In this document: piece after piece, positions 1 to 13,179 of the stretch | Position numbering within the stretch: the stretch's first letter is position 1 | How the letters are laid out: every line of letters begins with the position of its first letter | Assembly: GCF_001194135.2 (NCBI RefSeq) | Contig: NC_068993.1 | Coordinates: 57,136,968-57,200,967, forward strand | Length of the DNA: 64,000 nt | Direction of reading: 5' to 3' | From: Octopus bimaculoides | Lineage: Eukaryota | Translations under genes and position numbers: made by a program | Notes under the pieces: generated by a model | The model's database searches: none | Told to the model about the DNA's origin: nothing | Seen by the model: only the letters and a program-made list of their open reading frames with translations

Positions 1-105
1 ACAACAGCAGTAACAACTAGAGCCAACAAGAACAAGAACAGCAACACCAATAACAACAACAATAACAAAAACAACAACACCAACAACAACAACAACAACA
101 ACAAC

Positions 106-165
<60 letters not shown>
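1..165. repeat. Compound (CAA)n/(TAA)n microsatellite
   Basis: Seen directly: imperfect CAA run grading into a perfect TAA run. Confidence 0.95.
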
Positions 166-166
<1 letters not shown>

Positions 167-319
167 TTTTTTTCTAGAATTTCTAATTTCGAGTGCATGG
201 CATCCGCAAAAACATTTATTGCCTCCACACAAAATTTAACTCGATGTTTATAACTGGAAATTGCTAAATAGAATAATAGCATTCTAAGAGGATGTTTTAC
301 ACGAAAACTAGAATATATT

Positions 320-361
<42 letters not shown>

Positions 362-893
362 ACAAAGAGGAATACAAAAGCCTCTACAAAAAGCAATTAC
401 TATAATAACGCCAAACTAAGTCAATAAAAATATCAAAGAAACCAACAGTAAAAGTAAACATTTGTTAAAATCTACAGATCTTGAAAATTCCGACAAAGTT
501 TAATTACTTTGCAGCACTTAATTGAGTCATGATAATTCTGGATGTATACTGGTGCCTGAGCTCCGATATTTGTAAGATTTTCGGTTATTATTTGCAAGTA
601 ATCTTCTAAGTACCTTTGACTTGGTATATCTATATTACAAGTAGATACATATATACGTATGTAAATACGTAGGTTTATGTGTGTATGTCCATATGTAGGC
701 ATTTACGTATGTATGTAATTGCATGTTTGTATAGAAATACATTAGATTGTGTATACATATAAATGGATATGTTTAAGAATATAGGTGTGTGAATATGCAA
801 GTACATACTTAAATATATACATACATAAAGACATATATAGTTAGGCAGACAGAGAAATAGCTAAGCTAGCTTGCTAACTAGCTAGCCAGCTAC

Positions 894-896
<3 letters not shown>

Positions 897-939
<43 letters not shown>

Positions 940-970
940 GGATAGATAGATAGATAGATAGATAGATAGA
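897..970. repeat. (GATA)n microsatellite
   Basis: Seen directly. Confidence 0.95.
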
Positions 971-1249
971 AAGGTAGGAGAAGTAGCTAGATAGAGTTAA
1001 AGATGGATGGATAACTACACAGAATCATATACACACATATATATACCTATATAGATGCATATATATATATCATAAAATACATTTGTCACCTAAAGGTGGT
1101 GGTCCTATAGGGGACGGTATTACTTTTGTTTTTAGCCTCAGGAAGACATCTCCAGCTGGTCAACGAAACACACACATATATATATATATATACTTACAAA
1201 CATTCATATACAGGCATAATATGTCGGTATAAACAACACACACACACAC

Positions 1250-1297
<48 letters not shown>

Positions 1298-2660
1298 NNN
1301 NNNNNNNNNNNNNNNNNNNNNNNNNNNNNNNNNNNNNNNNNNNNNNNNNNNNNNNNNNNNNNNNNNNNNNNNNNNNNNNNNNNNNNNNNNNNNNNNNNNN
1401 NNNNNNNNNNNNNNNNNNNNNNNNNNNNNNNNNNNNNNNNNNNNNNNNNNNNNNNNNNNNNNNNNNNNNNNNNNNNNNNNNNNNNNNNNNNNNNNNNNNN
1501 NNNNNNNNNNNNNNNNNNNNNNNNNNNNNNNNNNNNNNNNNNNNNNNNNNNNNNNNNNNNNNNNNNNNNNNNNNNNNNNNNNNNNNNNNNNNNNNNNNNN
1601 NNNNNNNNNNNNNNNNNNNNNNNNNNNNNNNNNNNNNNNNNNNNNNNNNNNNNNNNNNNNNNNNNNNNNNNNNNNNNNNNNNNNNNNNNNNNNNNNNNNN
1701 NNNNNNNNNNNNNNNNNNNNNNNNNNNNNNNNNNNNNNNNNNNNNNNNNNNNNNNNNNNNNNNNNNNNNNNNNNNNNNNNNNNNNNNNNNNNNNNNNNNN
1801 NNNNNNNNNNNNNNNNNNNNNNNNNNNNNNNNNNNNNNNNNNNNNNNNNNNNNNNNNNNNNNNNNNNNNNNNNNNNNNNNNNNNNNNNNNNATATATATA
1901 TATATATATATATATAAGTATGTATGTATTTATGTATGAATATAGGCAAATATGCATTTGCATATTTACACTTGCATATATGGATATAAATGCACACACA
2001 TATACAAACTCACACAATATTCAATGTTCAGTGTTCTACATTTGCAAATGGGGTAATTTCAAGATTTTCTGATTAATATCTTCTTAGAAATATATTAAAT
2101 ATACTCATATATGCACCCACTCATAGACGCTCACATTTACCTAAGTATAGACGTGCTTATATGCATTCACACATATATACATATATATATGTATACACCC
2201 CCTCCATATATATTTACAAATATGCATATGTATATATTTAGATACCTACATATGAAATATATGTTTATATATTAATCATATATAAATGTATGCACATACG
2301 TACAGAAATACATACATACATATATATGTATATGAATATATATATATATATANNNNNNNNNNNNNNNNNNNNNNNNNNNNNNNNNNNNNNNNNNNNNNNN
2401 NNNNNNNNNNNNNNNNNNNNNNNNNNNNNNNNNNNNNNNNNNNNNNNNNNNNNNNNNNNNNNNNNNNNNNNNNNNNNNNNNNNNNNNNNNNNNNNNNNNN
2501 NNNNNNNNNNNNNNNNNNNNNNNNNNNNNNNNNNNNNNNNNNNNNNNNNNNNNNNNNNNNNNNNNNNNNNNNNNNNNNNNNNNNNNNNNNNNNNNNNNNN
2601 NNNNNNNNNNNNNNNNNNNNNNNNNNNNNNNNNNNNNNNNNNNNNNNNNNNNNNNNNNNN

Positions 2661-2694
<34 letters not shown>

Positions 2695-3144
2695 GTGTAT
2701 GTGTGTGTATGTGTGGTGTTTTGATGGTGTGCATTAGCGTTAACTTCGTTAGGTTTTGATTATAAAACTAAAACAAAGTTCAAAAGTTGATGTCGCTGAA
2801 GTACAAAGTTATCAATGTAATATATCACACCTAGTGAATGGATTTATACTTTAATATGAGGACTTATAAAATTAGCAAAGCTATAATCATAATAATATTG
2901 ATTTTTGATATTCGTAAAATGTACTAAATATTTTAATGAGAGGATGTGATTGATTCAGACTTGTCTAACCTTTGACTACTACTAAACACATGTCTGCACA
3001 CCTCCACCAGGTGAGGTGTGAACTAATAACAAGTGGGTAGGATTTCATAGTAAAACGTAAAGCGAGCTAGTGCAACGTAATAAGAAATTTACTGTTGCGT
3101 TCTACTCACATTTCGAACAGCCTTTTTTATATTGAGAATACAGT

Positions 3145-3407
3145 GGAGAGTCAATGGCCCTGTGGTTAGAGCAGTAGACTCGCGGTCGTAGGATCGCGGT
3201 TTCGATTCCTAAACCGGGCGTCGTGAGTATTCATCGAGCGAAGACACATAAAGTTCCACGAGGCTCCGGCAGGGGGTGGTGGCGAACCCTGCTGTACTCT
3301 TTCACCCCAACTTTCTTCCTGTTTCTGTTGTACCTGTATTTCAGAGGACCAGCCTTGTCACACTCTCTGTCACGCTGAATCTCCCCCGCTAACTACGTTA
3401 AGGGTAC
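3145..3407 (+). mobile_element. tRNA-derived SINE, family A, 3'-truncated
   Basis: A-box-like TGGCCCTGTGGTTAG and B-box GGTTTCGATTCC; colinear with the minus-strand copy at 34417-34797 (shared ccacgaggctccggcagggg, ttcctgtttctgttgtacctgtatttc, aactacgttaagg). Confidence 0.85.
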
Positions 3408-3659
3408 AATTAGCTTGTTTAAAGTTCGATAAGTTAATTTTTGAAAGCAAACTAGCATTCATATAAATTCAAAATGATATTATTTTAACTCCCCACAAAA
3501 TTATACGTGGAAATAAACGAACTATCAAATCGTTGATCTCTTTACTAAGTACCGCCTATAATTGTACTCAAGTGGTAAGTTAGTAAATTTTGCTAATTAA
3601 AGCGAACATGAACACTATCATGATTTAAGTGAACCAGCTTCATCAACTTTTATGAATCT

Positions 3660-4370
3660 AGTTCAGGAGAAGGACCACGACGGCTGTTTGCAATTGCAAT
3701 GGTGAGATGTATAGATAAGCTGAAGAATTTTATTCGAAAGTTAAACTCCAGGAAATTTGCAATACAGATGAATGAATCTCCAGTCAGGAACAGTGAGGCA
3801 ATATTGCGGTCATTGATATCTGCAATAAATTTTTAAAACTATTTGAATTACAATAAAATAGCAATATAAAAGAATATATCTTGTTTGGCAGAATGTTACC
3901 ACTGATCTGATTGGCAAAAAGTGACTATTTAAAATGAATGACGTATTGCTATTCAAAAAGTTTGCTTCTGTGATATGTTATTCACAGAGAAAATTTAGAT
4001 GCGAAAAATCGTTTCACCTCTTTTAAAGTCAGTAATAAAATGTGTGACTCTATAGAAGCTTCTGCTAAATGTGAGTGTCTCTTTAAAGTGTTATGAGTTG
4101 AAAAACACAGACTATGTATGAGAGGTTTATTGCTTCACGCCTGTGTAAGGTGGCAGTTGGAGGTCAATTACCTGAAAAGCTATATAGATCTAGTTGATAT
4201 TCTTAGTGAATTTTAAATGAACAAATCTGAAATGAATCTCCTATCAAAAGCTGATGGAAAAGATTCAATGAATTATTTGACAGAAAAGTTTTTAAAAAAA
4301 TTGAATGCATTAAAAATGTAATTCCATCGCGCAAATATGAATTTATTCAGCGACAAGGGTGTTTGGTTTC
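3660..4370 (+). pseudogene. Decayed hAT (Buster/Charlie/ZBED5-like) transposase relic
   Basis: Ordered motifs: KFAIQMNES (3753-3779; family FxxQxDES), YVIHRENLDAKN (to 4009; HCxIHRExL), LLLHACVRW (4127-4153; LLLHTEVRW), LVDILSEF, EMNLLSKADGK, KLNAL. Stops and frameshifts between them. No TIRs identified. Confidence 0.75.
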
Positions 4371-4875
4371 ATTAGATTTCTACAATTATGACACAAGAAA
4401 ATATCCGCTGAAAAATATGTCCTTGTTACGTGGTAGAAAAATGTGAATTCATTGATTGTGCTTTCCATGTTATTGTGGTTCATTTGAATATTCTGGCTTA
4501 TGATTAAAATTACATACTTTCTAATGACAATAAATAAATTACTCAAAAAATAAAATTAGCTTTGTGGGTTAGGTAATTTTTGTATTTCACCGAAATACAA
4601 AATAAGAAACCTCTGACTTATTAAAGGAAGCAAAAAATATCGACTGGATATTAGAAAAATATGAATGAAACTGCATTTTTGCTTTAAATTGAAACCGTTC
4701 GTATTGAGCATCAAACTCAAGAAACTCATTAGCGTGAAATTATCATACATTGAATGCACCTACTCAGCTCCTGCGATTTTAAAATTGTGTTGCTCAACTG
4801 AAAAAGTTTATTTCAGGGAAATAATAATGGTGATTTCTGTTTATTTTAACTCCTATTAAATGCATTCTTATTATT

Positions 4876-5010
4876 GGTTTCCAATTTTGTCACAAGGACA
4901 GCAATTTTGGAGGAGGAGGAGGTAAGTCGATTCGATCGACTCCAGAGCTCAACTGATACTCATATCAACGATTCTGAGAGGATGAAACGTAAAGCTGAAT
5001 CTCAATGGAA
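4876..5010 (-). mobile_element. SINE family B, 3' half, decayed
   Basis: Reverse-complement similarity to the B copies (cacaaggacagcaatttt, gtcgattcgatcgactccag). Confidence 0.6.
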
Positions 5011-5776
5011 GCGTCGTAACAAAAACCAGCGCTGGCTATAAGCTGTAGAAATATCCTTAACTAGTAACATCTGATTTCTCACTCGTTGAGAAATCTTGTT
5101 GAAGCTCATTTTAAATACACGATAATGCCTTAGTGAACAGATAACATTTGCATCAACCCTGGAGCATTATATGGACATTTCTTGATGGAATGCCTTTCTA
5201 TTTCATACATAATTTCGCCAGTCCAGCGGAGGAAAAAAACTGAAAATTGTGTACAGAAGTATATATCAAATAATTTGAAATTATAAAATCGTGTTTACAT
5301 CTCAGATTCCTGAAGACGTAATAGACTAACTTAATCTTTGGATGTTATTTACTAACGTGAAGTGTTTTTATTTAACATATGATCATATCAAGACATGATG
5401 TGTTTAGATAGAATTTGCTGGAAGCAACGTAAATTATATATTAGATGAGGGTGTCTATGTAGAACTCCAAATACACATATACATATATCCTTACTCTCTC
5501 TCTCATACACACAGACACACACGCACATGAAATACATATTGCGTTCTACATACTCAAACACGTCATTATATATCAACATAGTCAAAAGCAGATCTGAAGT
5601 TAGCTGCACGAACTTTCTAATAAAAGTATTAATCTACTGGTACTTCTAATCATTTATTTGATCTTAGATAATTTTTGCAAAAATACTAATTTAAATTACG
5701 CATTTACACACGGAGAACCGCATATACATCCGAGGACACATGCACACAAATGAATATATGTATATATAAATAAATA

Positions 5777-5835
<59 letters not shown>

Positions 5836-6267
5836 TTGTGTATATATGATTATATATGCACATATAATTCTATGTATAAGCCTAGCTATACTTGTATGTA
5901 CGGTTAAGAAAGATTTCGCTTTCTCTATGAGTTTTCGTGTGTGTGAGCATGCTGTTTGAGTATGTATGACAGCGCTTGAAATATATATTACCGCCGTCTT
6001 TTCAATTACATCAACGTTATAAAGGTAAGTAAATAGTTAATTAAATTACATTCTATGTACGAGTCTGTGCGTGTCTGTGTCCGTGTGGGACTCTGCGTGT
6101 AAGTGTGTGTGCGCGTGTATGTCTGATGATGGATATGTGTGTATAGGTATTTATGCTTATATCTTTACATATATATATATATATATGCGTATATATGTAT
6201 ATGGATAAATACATGCATATGTACATGTATAAGGATGTGTATAGGTAAGTTATATATGCATACACAG

Positions 6268-6317
<50 letters not shown>

Positions 6318-6330
6318 AATCTATCTATCT
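6268..6330. repeat. (TCTA)n microsatellite
   Basis: Seen directly. Confidence 0.95.
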
Positions 6331-6540
6331 GTATGAGTGCATATATAAAATTTCTCCTTCTATACACTGTCTTACCTCTGATGTGTATTTGTGATTTGGC
6401 TAGTTTCAACAGAGTAAGAAGGAATTGTTTAATGATCTTAGGGTTACACTTACAGAATGGCCCATAGATTCCGGTTTAAAGAGGAGCGGGGAGGAAACGT
6501 TTGTCCAATTCTACAAATATCAATATATGTATGTGTATAA

Positions 6541-6751
6541 GACGGTGGACTGGCAGAATCGTTACCACGCCGGGCGAAATGCTTAGTGGTGTTTCGTGTG
6601 TCTTTACGTTCTGAGTTCAAATTCTGCCGAGGTCGACTTTGCCTTTTATCCTTTCGGGGTCGATAAATTAAGTACCAATTGCGTACTAGGGTAGAGCTAA
6701 TCGACTGGCTCCCTCCCGCAAAACTTCGGGTCTTGTGCGTAGAGTAGAAAA

Positions 6752-6756
<5 letters not shown>
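6541..6756 (+). mobile_element. tRNA-derived SINE, family B, full length
   Basis: A-box-like TGGCAGAATCGTTA and B-box GAGTTCAAATTC; central GCCTTT(T/C)ATCCTTTCGGGGTCGATAAATTAAGTACC; 3' end GAGTAGAAAAGAATA. More than 20 homologues in the window. Confidence 0.9.
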
Positions 6757-6792
<36 letters not shown>

Positions 6793-6944
6793 NNNNNNNN
6801 NNNNNNNNNNNNNNNNNNNNNNNNNNGTGTGTGTGTGTGAGTCAGTGTTCCTGTATGTATGTATGTATGTAATATTTGTGTGTGTTTATGCATTCTTCTT
6901 TTGTGCCAAGTTACTTAAACCAATTTAATAGTAAGCTGAAAGAC

Positions 6945-7130
6945 ACCAAGTATTATGCTTAGCAGCATTTCGTCCGTGTTTACGTACTGATTTGAAATTC
7001 TGCCGAGGTCGACTTAGCTTTTCATCAATTCGAGGTCGATAAAATAAGTACGAGTTCAGAACTGGGGTCGATGTAATCGACTTTCACCCTCTCCCCAAAA
7101 ATTGCTGGCCTTGTACCAAAATTTGAATTC
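6945..7130 (+). mobile_element. SINE family B, 5'-truncated
   Basis: aattctgccgaggtcgac...gtcgataaaataagtac...ctggggtcgatgtaatcgac...gccttgtaccaaaatttgaa. Confidence 0.8.
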
Positions 7131-7189
7131 CATTTTATGCTGGAAGATTACTCATTAACCTTAGTAGTATACCTGTTTTGTCTTTCAAA

Positions 7190-7364
7190 TGTGTCAGTAA
7201 TTTGACTACGGCCATCCTGGAGCACCGCCTTAACACAGTTTTCCTTTTGTAGTCAAAGAAACCGACTTATTCTTTGTAAGCGTAGTACTTATACGATTGG
7301 TCTATTTTGCCGAACCGCTAAGTTAGTGGAACGTAAACACCACAACATTGGTCGTCAACCGATG
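7190..7364 (-). mobile_element. SINE family C, 3' part
   Basis: Reverse complement matches 25144-25240 (gacttattctttgtaagc, gagcaccgcc); the + strand matches 25011-25070 (ttttgccgaaccgctaag). Confidence 0.75.
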
Positions 7365-7377
7365 ATATATATATATA

Positions 7378-7672
7378 TACGTGGTCTGATAAATAAGTAT
7401 CCGAATTGTTGCCATACTAACGAAGTTAAAGTGCGTAGAGTGAAACCGCTAGGTACAAATTGACCTTGAACTCCGCTGTGCGTGCGTTTTAACGTTCCAG
7501 CTCAATTCTCCTGTTTTCAGCAGTGCTTGGGAGGAAGGTGTGTAGCGTGTGATCGTCGCATTAATCACGACAGAGAAAGTTGAGCAGAGAATCTGCATGA
7601 AATTTTGCAAAAACTTGGCGATATCAGTTAAGAGGTCTAAGCAAAGTTTTCAAAAGTTTTTCATCGTTCTGG
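7378..7672 (+). mobile_element. Mariner left end (TIR plus start of transposase), truncated
   Basis: TA followed by TIR-like CGTGGTCTGATAAATAAGTATCCG. 7567-7620 translates TTEKVEQRICMKFCKNLA, matching the mariner N-terminal EQRxxIKFC motif with the initiator ATG changed to ACG. Confidence 0.75.
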
Positions 7673-8444
7673 ACACATACATTTGCATTTAGAATATTAT
7701 ATGATTAAAATCTCATCAGGGTTAATTCACTTTGAAGGATTATTTGTTGTTTGATTGATGTATGTATATATGTATATATACACTTGTGTACACTAGTAAA
7801 TATATAGTACTATATGTTATAAAAGAACAAAAACATAAAAAAAATACACGAAGAATACGTTTTCAAAAAGTTATGATTACTTTCACGATTGAAAAGGGAA
7901 CAAGTGTAGTTGCTGTTTCGGACATAGAGTTCTTGATCAGAAAGAAAAAGAAGAGGGAAAAAGGTAGTGGAATGGAGGAAAGAAAAGAAGAGTTAGCATT
8001 TAGGTAGGGATGAGTCTTAAAAAGAGGTAAAAAGACGGGGGATTAACGTGCTTATAAGGGAGATTATCTGTGTAAAGAGATGGGTTAGGGTATGAGTGAG
8101 CAGCGTGGGCTGCGGGTGGCTGACTGGAGTGGAGTCGATTAGATTAGGATATAAATGTTGTGAATGTGAGAAAGAGTTGTGTAAGATGAAAAAGGAGGTG
8201 GAAAATAGGGGACGAAAATAGTGAAGGAAGTGAGATAAAACCCTTAAAGCAGGTAGAAGGGGCAGGTTACAGAGTCAATGTAGCTATTTGAGTTTGTTTG
8301 TGTGTCTGTGTGTTTGAGCATATGTGTGCGTATTCATGTGTGTGTATTCATGTGTGTGCATCTTCTCTTCTTGTCTCTTTCTCTCACTCTCTCTCTATCT
8401 GTTTATCTATCTGTCTATCTATGTATATATTTATCTGTCAGTGC

Positions 8445-8485
<41 letters not shown>

Positions 8486-8553
8486 GTCTATTTATCTATC
8501 TACCTGTGTGTCTGTCTGCCTGCCTGCCTACGTGTATATACGTATACATGCAT

Positions 8554-8586
<33 letters not shown>

Positions 8587-8590
8587 GCGC
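8445..8590. repeat. Compound (TCTA)n/(CTGT/CTGC)/(CA)n tract
   Basis: Seen directly. Confidence 0.9.
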
Positions 8591-9059
8591 GCGCACACAT
8601 TTAACGTCTGCATTCGTTGTCAACGCACCAAAATTACATTCACTGATAATATCGTAAAAAGGAAGAAAACAAATAAAAACGAAAAAACAAAAAAAAAAAA
8701 CTAAATAATTCTGATTCATGAAACAATTTATTATCATTTCTGATATTCTAGGAAAATAATTAAACGAGATAATCTGAAAGATTATTATTTCCAATTTCTC
8801 ATGAAGTGGTGCAGAATTAGTTAATACTTGGTAATTAAGTTGTTCTATTTGTGTTTTCGTGTAAGAATTCGTAACTTTTAATGGTTCCGCTTTTTACAAT
8901 ATTTCTCTTTTTGAATCTCATTAAAAGAAGATACCAACTAAAACGGAAACAGAACAAACAGGAATCTCATAAGTGGCAGAGGAATTTAGCTAATTATTTG
9001 TACACTAAAGAACTAATTACTAATTGATTGTATACTAAAGAACTATAATTGTTGTTGTT

Positions 9060-9160
9060 ATCCTCTCAGGGTCGATAAAACGAGTACCAGTGGAAGAATG
9101 GGGTCGATGTGATCGACATGTCCCCTTCCCAATTTTGCTGGCCTTGTGCCAAAATCTGAG
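9060..9160 (+). mobile_element. SINE family B, 3' half
   Basis: gggtcgataaaacgagtaccag...ggggtcgatgtgatcgac...gccttgtgccaaaatctgag. Confidence 0.8.
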
Positions 9161-9223
9161 AGCATCATTAATATCATTGTTATTGATGTCATTGTTATCA
9201 CAATCATCGTAATTATTATTAGT

Positions 9224-9428
9224 GAAGGTGCGCTGCCAGACTTGTTAGCACGCCGGCTGAAATGCTTAGCGGTATTTCGTCCTGCGATCAAATTCCGTCG
9301 AGGTTGACTTTGCCTTTCATCCTTTCGGGGTCGATAAATTAGGTACCAGTTGCGTACTGGAGTCGATCTAATCGACTGGTCACCTCCCCCAAAACTTCGG
9401 GCCTTGTGCCAAGAGTACAAAAGAATAT
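9224..9428 (+). mobile_element. SINE family B, chimeric (duplicated head plus ttgcgtac-type body)
   Basis: Head shared with 9478; body ends gagtacaaaagaat; about 11 nt missing at 9283 relative to other copies. Confidence 0.85.
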
Positions 9429-9477
9429 CATTGTTGTTGATGTCATTGTTATCACAATCATCGTTATTATTATTATT

Positions 9478-9672
9478 GAAGGTGCGCTGCCAGACTCGTT
9501 ACCACGCCGGCCGAAATGCTTAGCGGTATTTCGTCCGTCCTTACATTCTGAGTCCAAATTCCGCTGTAGATGACTTTGCCTTTCATCCTTTTCCGGTGGA
9601 TAAAATAAGTACCAGCCAAGCACCGGGGCCAATGTAACCGACTAACCCCCTGCTCCACATTTCAGGCCTTGT
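9478..9672 (+). mobile_element. SINE family B, near full length
   Basis: gaaggtgcgctgccagactcgtta...tgagtccaaattcc...gcctttcatcc...gccttgtgcg. Confidence 0.85.
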
Positions 9673-9675
9673 GCG

Positions 9676-10254
<579 letters not shown>

Positions 10255-10819
10255 GTAATCTTAACACGATGAACATGAATATGTAGAATTTAAGATGGTA
10301 GAAAATGAAGGGAGAAAAGGAGAATAAACGGAGGAAAACGGAGATGAGATGACAAGTGTGAAGAGGTAGAAATGGAAAGGAAGTGAGGAAGGAAGAAAAG
10401 AAGGAACTCATAAATAATAATAGAAAAAAAGAACAATTCCTCTTATATTCAAAATAATTGAATATAAATAGATAAATTACAAGCTTCTTCGATAAGGCTG
10501 ACCAAATTTTGATTTCCTTTCATGTGCAATGTCGGCGTATTTCAGAAGCATAATAAATTTCCTTGTCTTTGCACGTAATCTATGTCTTGCTGTGAAAATT
10601 TGATCGGATTAAAATCGATATTAAGCAGACTAAATCATCAGCTACGGGAACGAATTAGGATTGTTAAGTTTCTCATAACTTCTTCAAGTTTACTTTGTAA
10701 CATTACTTCATTATTGAAGCAATCCAGACGTTGGTGTACATTAGTGTTGGATAATAATAACCAATATTTTCAGGAAAATATTCAAAAGGTATATGCTAAA
10801 AAAAAATGTATCCTTGTGC

Positions 10820-10856
10820 TGTTTTGATGAAGATATGCTATACGAAACGTCGAACA
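10820..10856 (+). ncRNA. Degenerate Penelope-type hammerhead ribozyme core (probably inactive)
   Basis: TGTT-TTGATGA-A-GATATGCTATAC-GAAA-CGT-C-GAACA: CUGAUGA with C3>U, intact GAAAC-GUC with palindromic ACGU; stems I and II imperfect. Confidence 0.4.
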
Positions 10857-11534
10857 TTCTTCTTGTTCATACAACGTAAAATTAATTACCTTGCTCTCAT
10901 ATTTTTCTTCTGTTTGTTCTTTCAAGCCAGACACTTTTTATTTGTTATGACTGTAACCATAACGTATTTTTGAAAGTCTTCCGAGATTTAGAACGAACAA
11001 ATTACTACTCATTGAGCTTCCTCTGAGCGGTGACCAGAGTGTAGGCACTAGTAACAGAACTGAGATCTCTAAGGGCATTTATATTGTATGACTTTTTTGC
11101 TATTTGTATGTACATCCTCATTCAACAACCTTATTTCCAAAGGTGTATGGTGAACGTTATTCAACATCAAAAGCTTTAGAAGTTAACAAAACATTTAATA
11201 TATATCACACGGCTTATAAGCAGCATAATACCTTTATTGACATGTGTAAGATGATACAGAGACATATGTTGGTAATATGAAGAATGAATCCACATCGGAC
11301 TTTCTGCGAATCAGATTCCGTGGGGGTACTGATTCGATTGAATTTTGAGTTGAATATTAGAATCGTTATAAATTGTAGGTTAGAATTTTTCGGTCTGTTA
11401 GTCTCATCTGTAGTGATGAAGAGGTTTTATTTAATATTTTGGATTCACGGAACTTTTATATTAGTTTGAAATCTAATGGCCATTAAGCCTAATATTCGTG
11501 GAAGCGTACGTACCAGACTCGATCACACGAGGCT

Positions 11535-11860
11535 ATGTGTTTAAAGATTCTGCGTCTGCAATTACGTGGTTTTGTGTTCAGTTATAGGGCACAGTACATA
11601 GTACAAGTGGCTTCTACTACAGCTGTAGACCGACGAAAAACCTTATGAGTGAATGTTTTTGACGGAAGTGTACGGAAGTGTACGGAAGCTCACGCATGTG
11701 CGTGTTTATGTTTCTCACCCACAGTTTGTTAACAGGTGTTTGTTTGTTTATATCCCCATAATTTTAAACAATAATTACTGGGGACAAATTTTTCACCTAA
11801 GCCCTTCAAGGATGTGCCCCAGCATAGCCACAGCCTTATGATTGAAACAACAAGAAGAGA
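11535..11860 (+). mobile_element. SINE family C, decayed, near full length
   Basis: ggttttgtgttcagt...cttctactacagc...ccttatgagtg matches the C head at 57872; gtgccccagcatagccacag...attgaaacaa matches the C tail at 25195-25230. Confidence 0.55.
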
Positions 11861-12351
11861 ACAGATGAAAGAAGCTAGAAGTATTAATGCTATAATCCAT
11901 TAAACCCTTGACACATGAGTAAAGATTACACATTATCTTGAATTTAAAACACTTGTAATTCAGCAATGTTGTTCATAATCTTCACGGTTCTCTTATTTTG
12001 ATTTAAAGAGATTTAAATGATAATCAAAATGAAGATAATGAAGTCCTTCAACTGAATTAAAGTTTTAAGGTTAATCAATGATGTGTTACTATAACTTTAA
12101 ATACGCTTACATTCACAAAAACGCGACAGAAGGGAAAATGGAACTTTGGCACAGAACCTTCTGGAATTAGCAACACAAATGAGCCCTGATTACACATATT
12201 GCTTTCTTAACGTACCGAATACGTTTTAGAAAATGTGGTCCTAGGTGGATGATGTCTACACAATATAGACAAGATGTTTCTGACTAGTATATCATTCGCG
12301 TTTGGGCGGGACACAGTGAGGTAAGAAAAGAATCTTCATAAAAGGTATTGG

Positions 12352-12560
12352 AAGGCGTCGCGTGGGTGTGTGGTAAACAGTTTGTATCCCAACCACATGG
12401 CTCCAGGTTCAGTCCCAAAAGTGGCAGCTTGGGCACATGTCTTCTACTATAGCCTCAGTTCAACTTATACCTTATGAGTTGTTTTACTGGGGTCAAATTA
12501 TCGAGATAGAAATTCCCTCGAGGCCATGCTCCGATATGGCCGCCGTCTAAAAGTGAAAGA
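12352..12560 (+). mobile_element. SINE family C, head joined to tail (internal deletion)
   Basis: gtgtgtggtaaacag...ggttcagtccc...gtcttctactatagcctc, then ctggggtcaaatt...atgctccgatatggccgccgtc. Confidence 0.65.
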
Positions 12561-13145
12561 GATGGTTCTCATTGTGTTTATTCTGGGACTAAACATATTA
12601 GTTAATAAACTTTTTTTCTTTCTAATTATTAAGCCAGAGAGAGTGTTCACCAAAGGTATATGAATAATTGGTATTTCNNNNNNNNNNNNNNNNNNNNNNN
12701 NNNNNNNNNNNNNNNNNNNNNNNNNNNNNNNNNNNNNNNNNNNNNNNNNNNNNNNNNNNNNNNNNNNNNNNNNNNNNNNNNNNNNNNNNNNNNNNNNNNN
12801 NNNNNNNNNNNNNNNNNNNNNNNNNNNNNNNNNNNNNNNNNNNNNNNNNNNNNNNNNNNNNNNNNNNNNNNNNNNNNNNNNNNNNNNNNNNNNNNNNNNN
12901 NNNNNNNNNNNNNNNNNNNNNNNNNNNNNNNNNNNNNNNNNNNNNNNNNNNNNNNNNNNNNNNNNNNNNNNNNNNNNNNNNNNNNNNNNNNNNNNNNNNN
13001 NNNNNNNNNNNNNNNNNNNNNNNNNNNNNNNNNNNNNNNNNNNNNNNNNNNNNNNNNNNNNNNNNNNNNNNNNNNNNNNNNNNNNNNNNNNNNNNNNNNN
13101 NNNNNNNNNNNNNNNNNNNNNNNNNNNNNNNNNNNNNNNNATATA

Positions 13146-13179
<34 letters not shown>

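Noticed and set aside
12288-12320. 33-nt + strand micro-exon YIIRVWAGHSE with donor GAG|GTAAGA
   Set aside because: Weak acceptor, too short to assess, and no partner exons on this strand.
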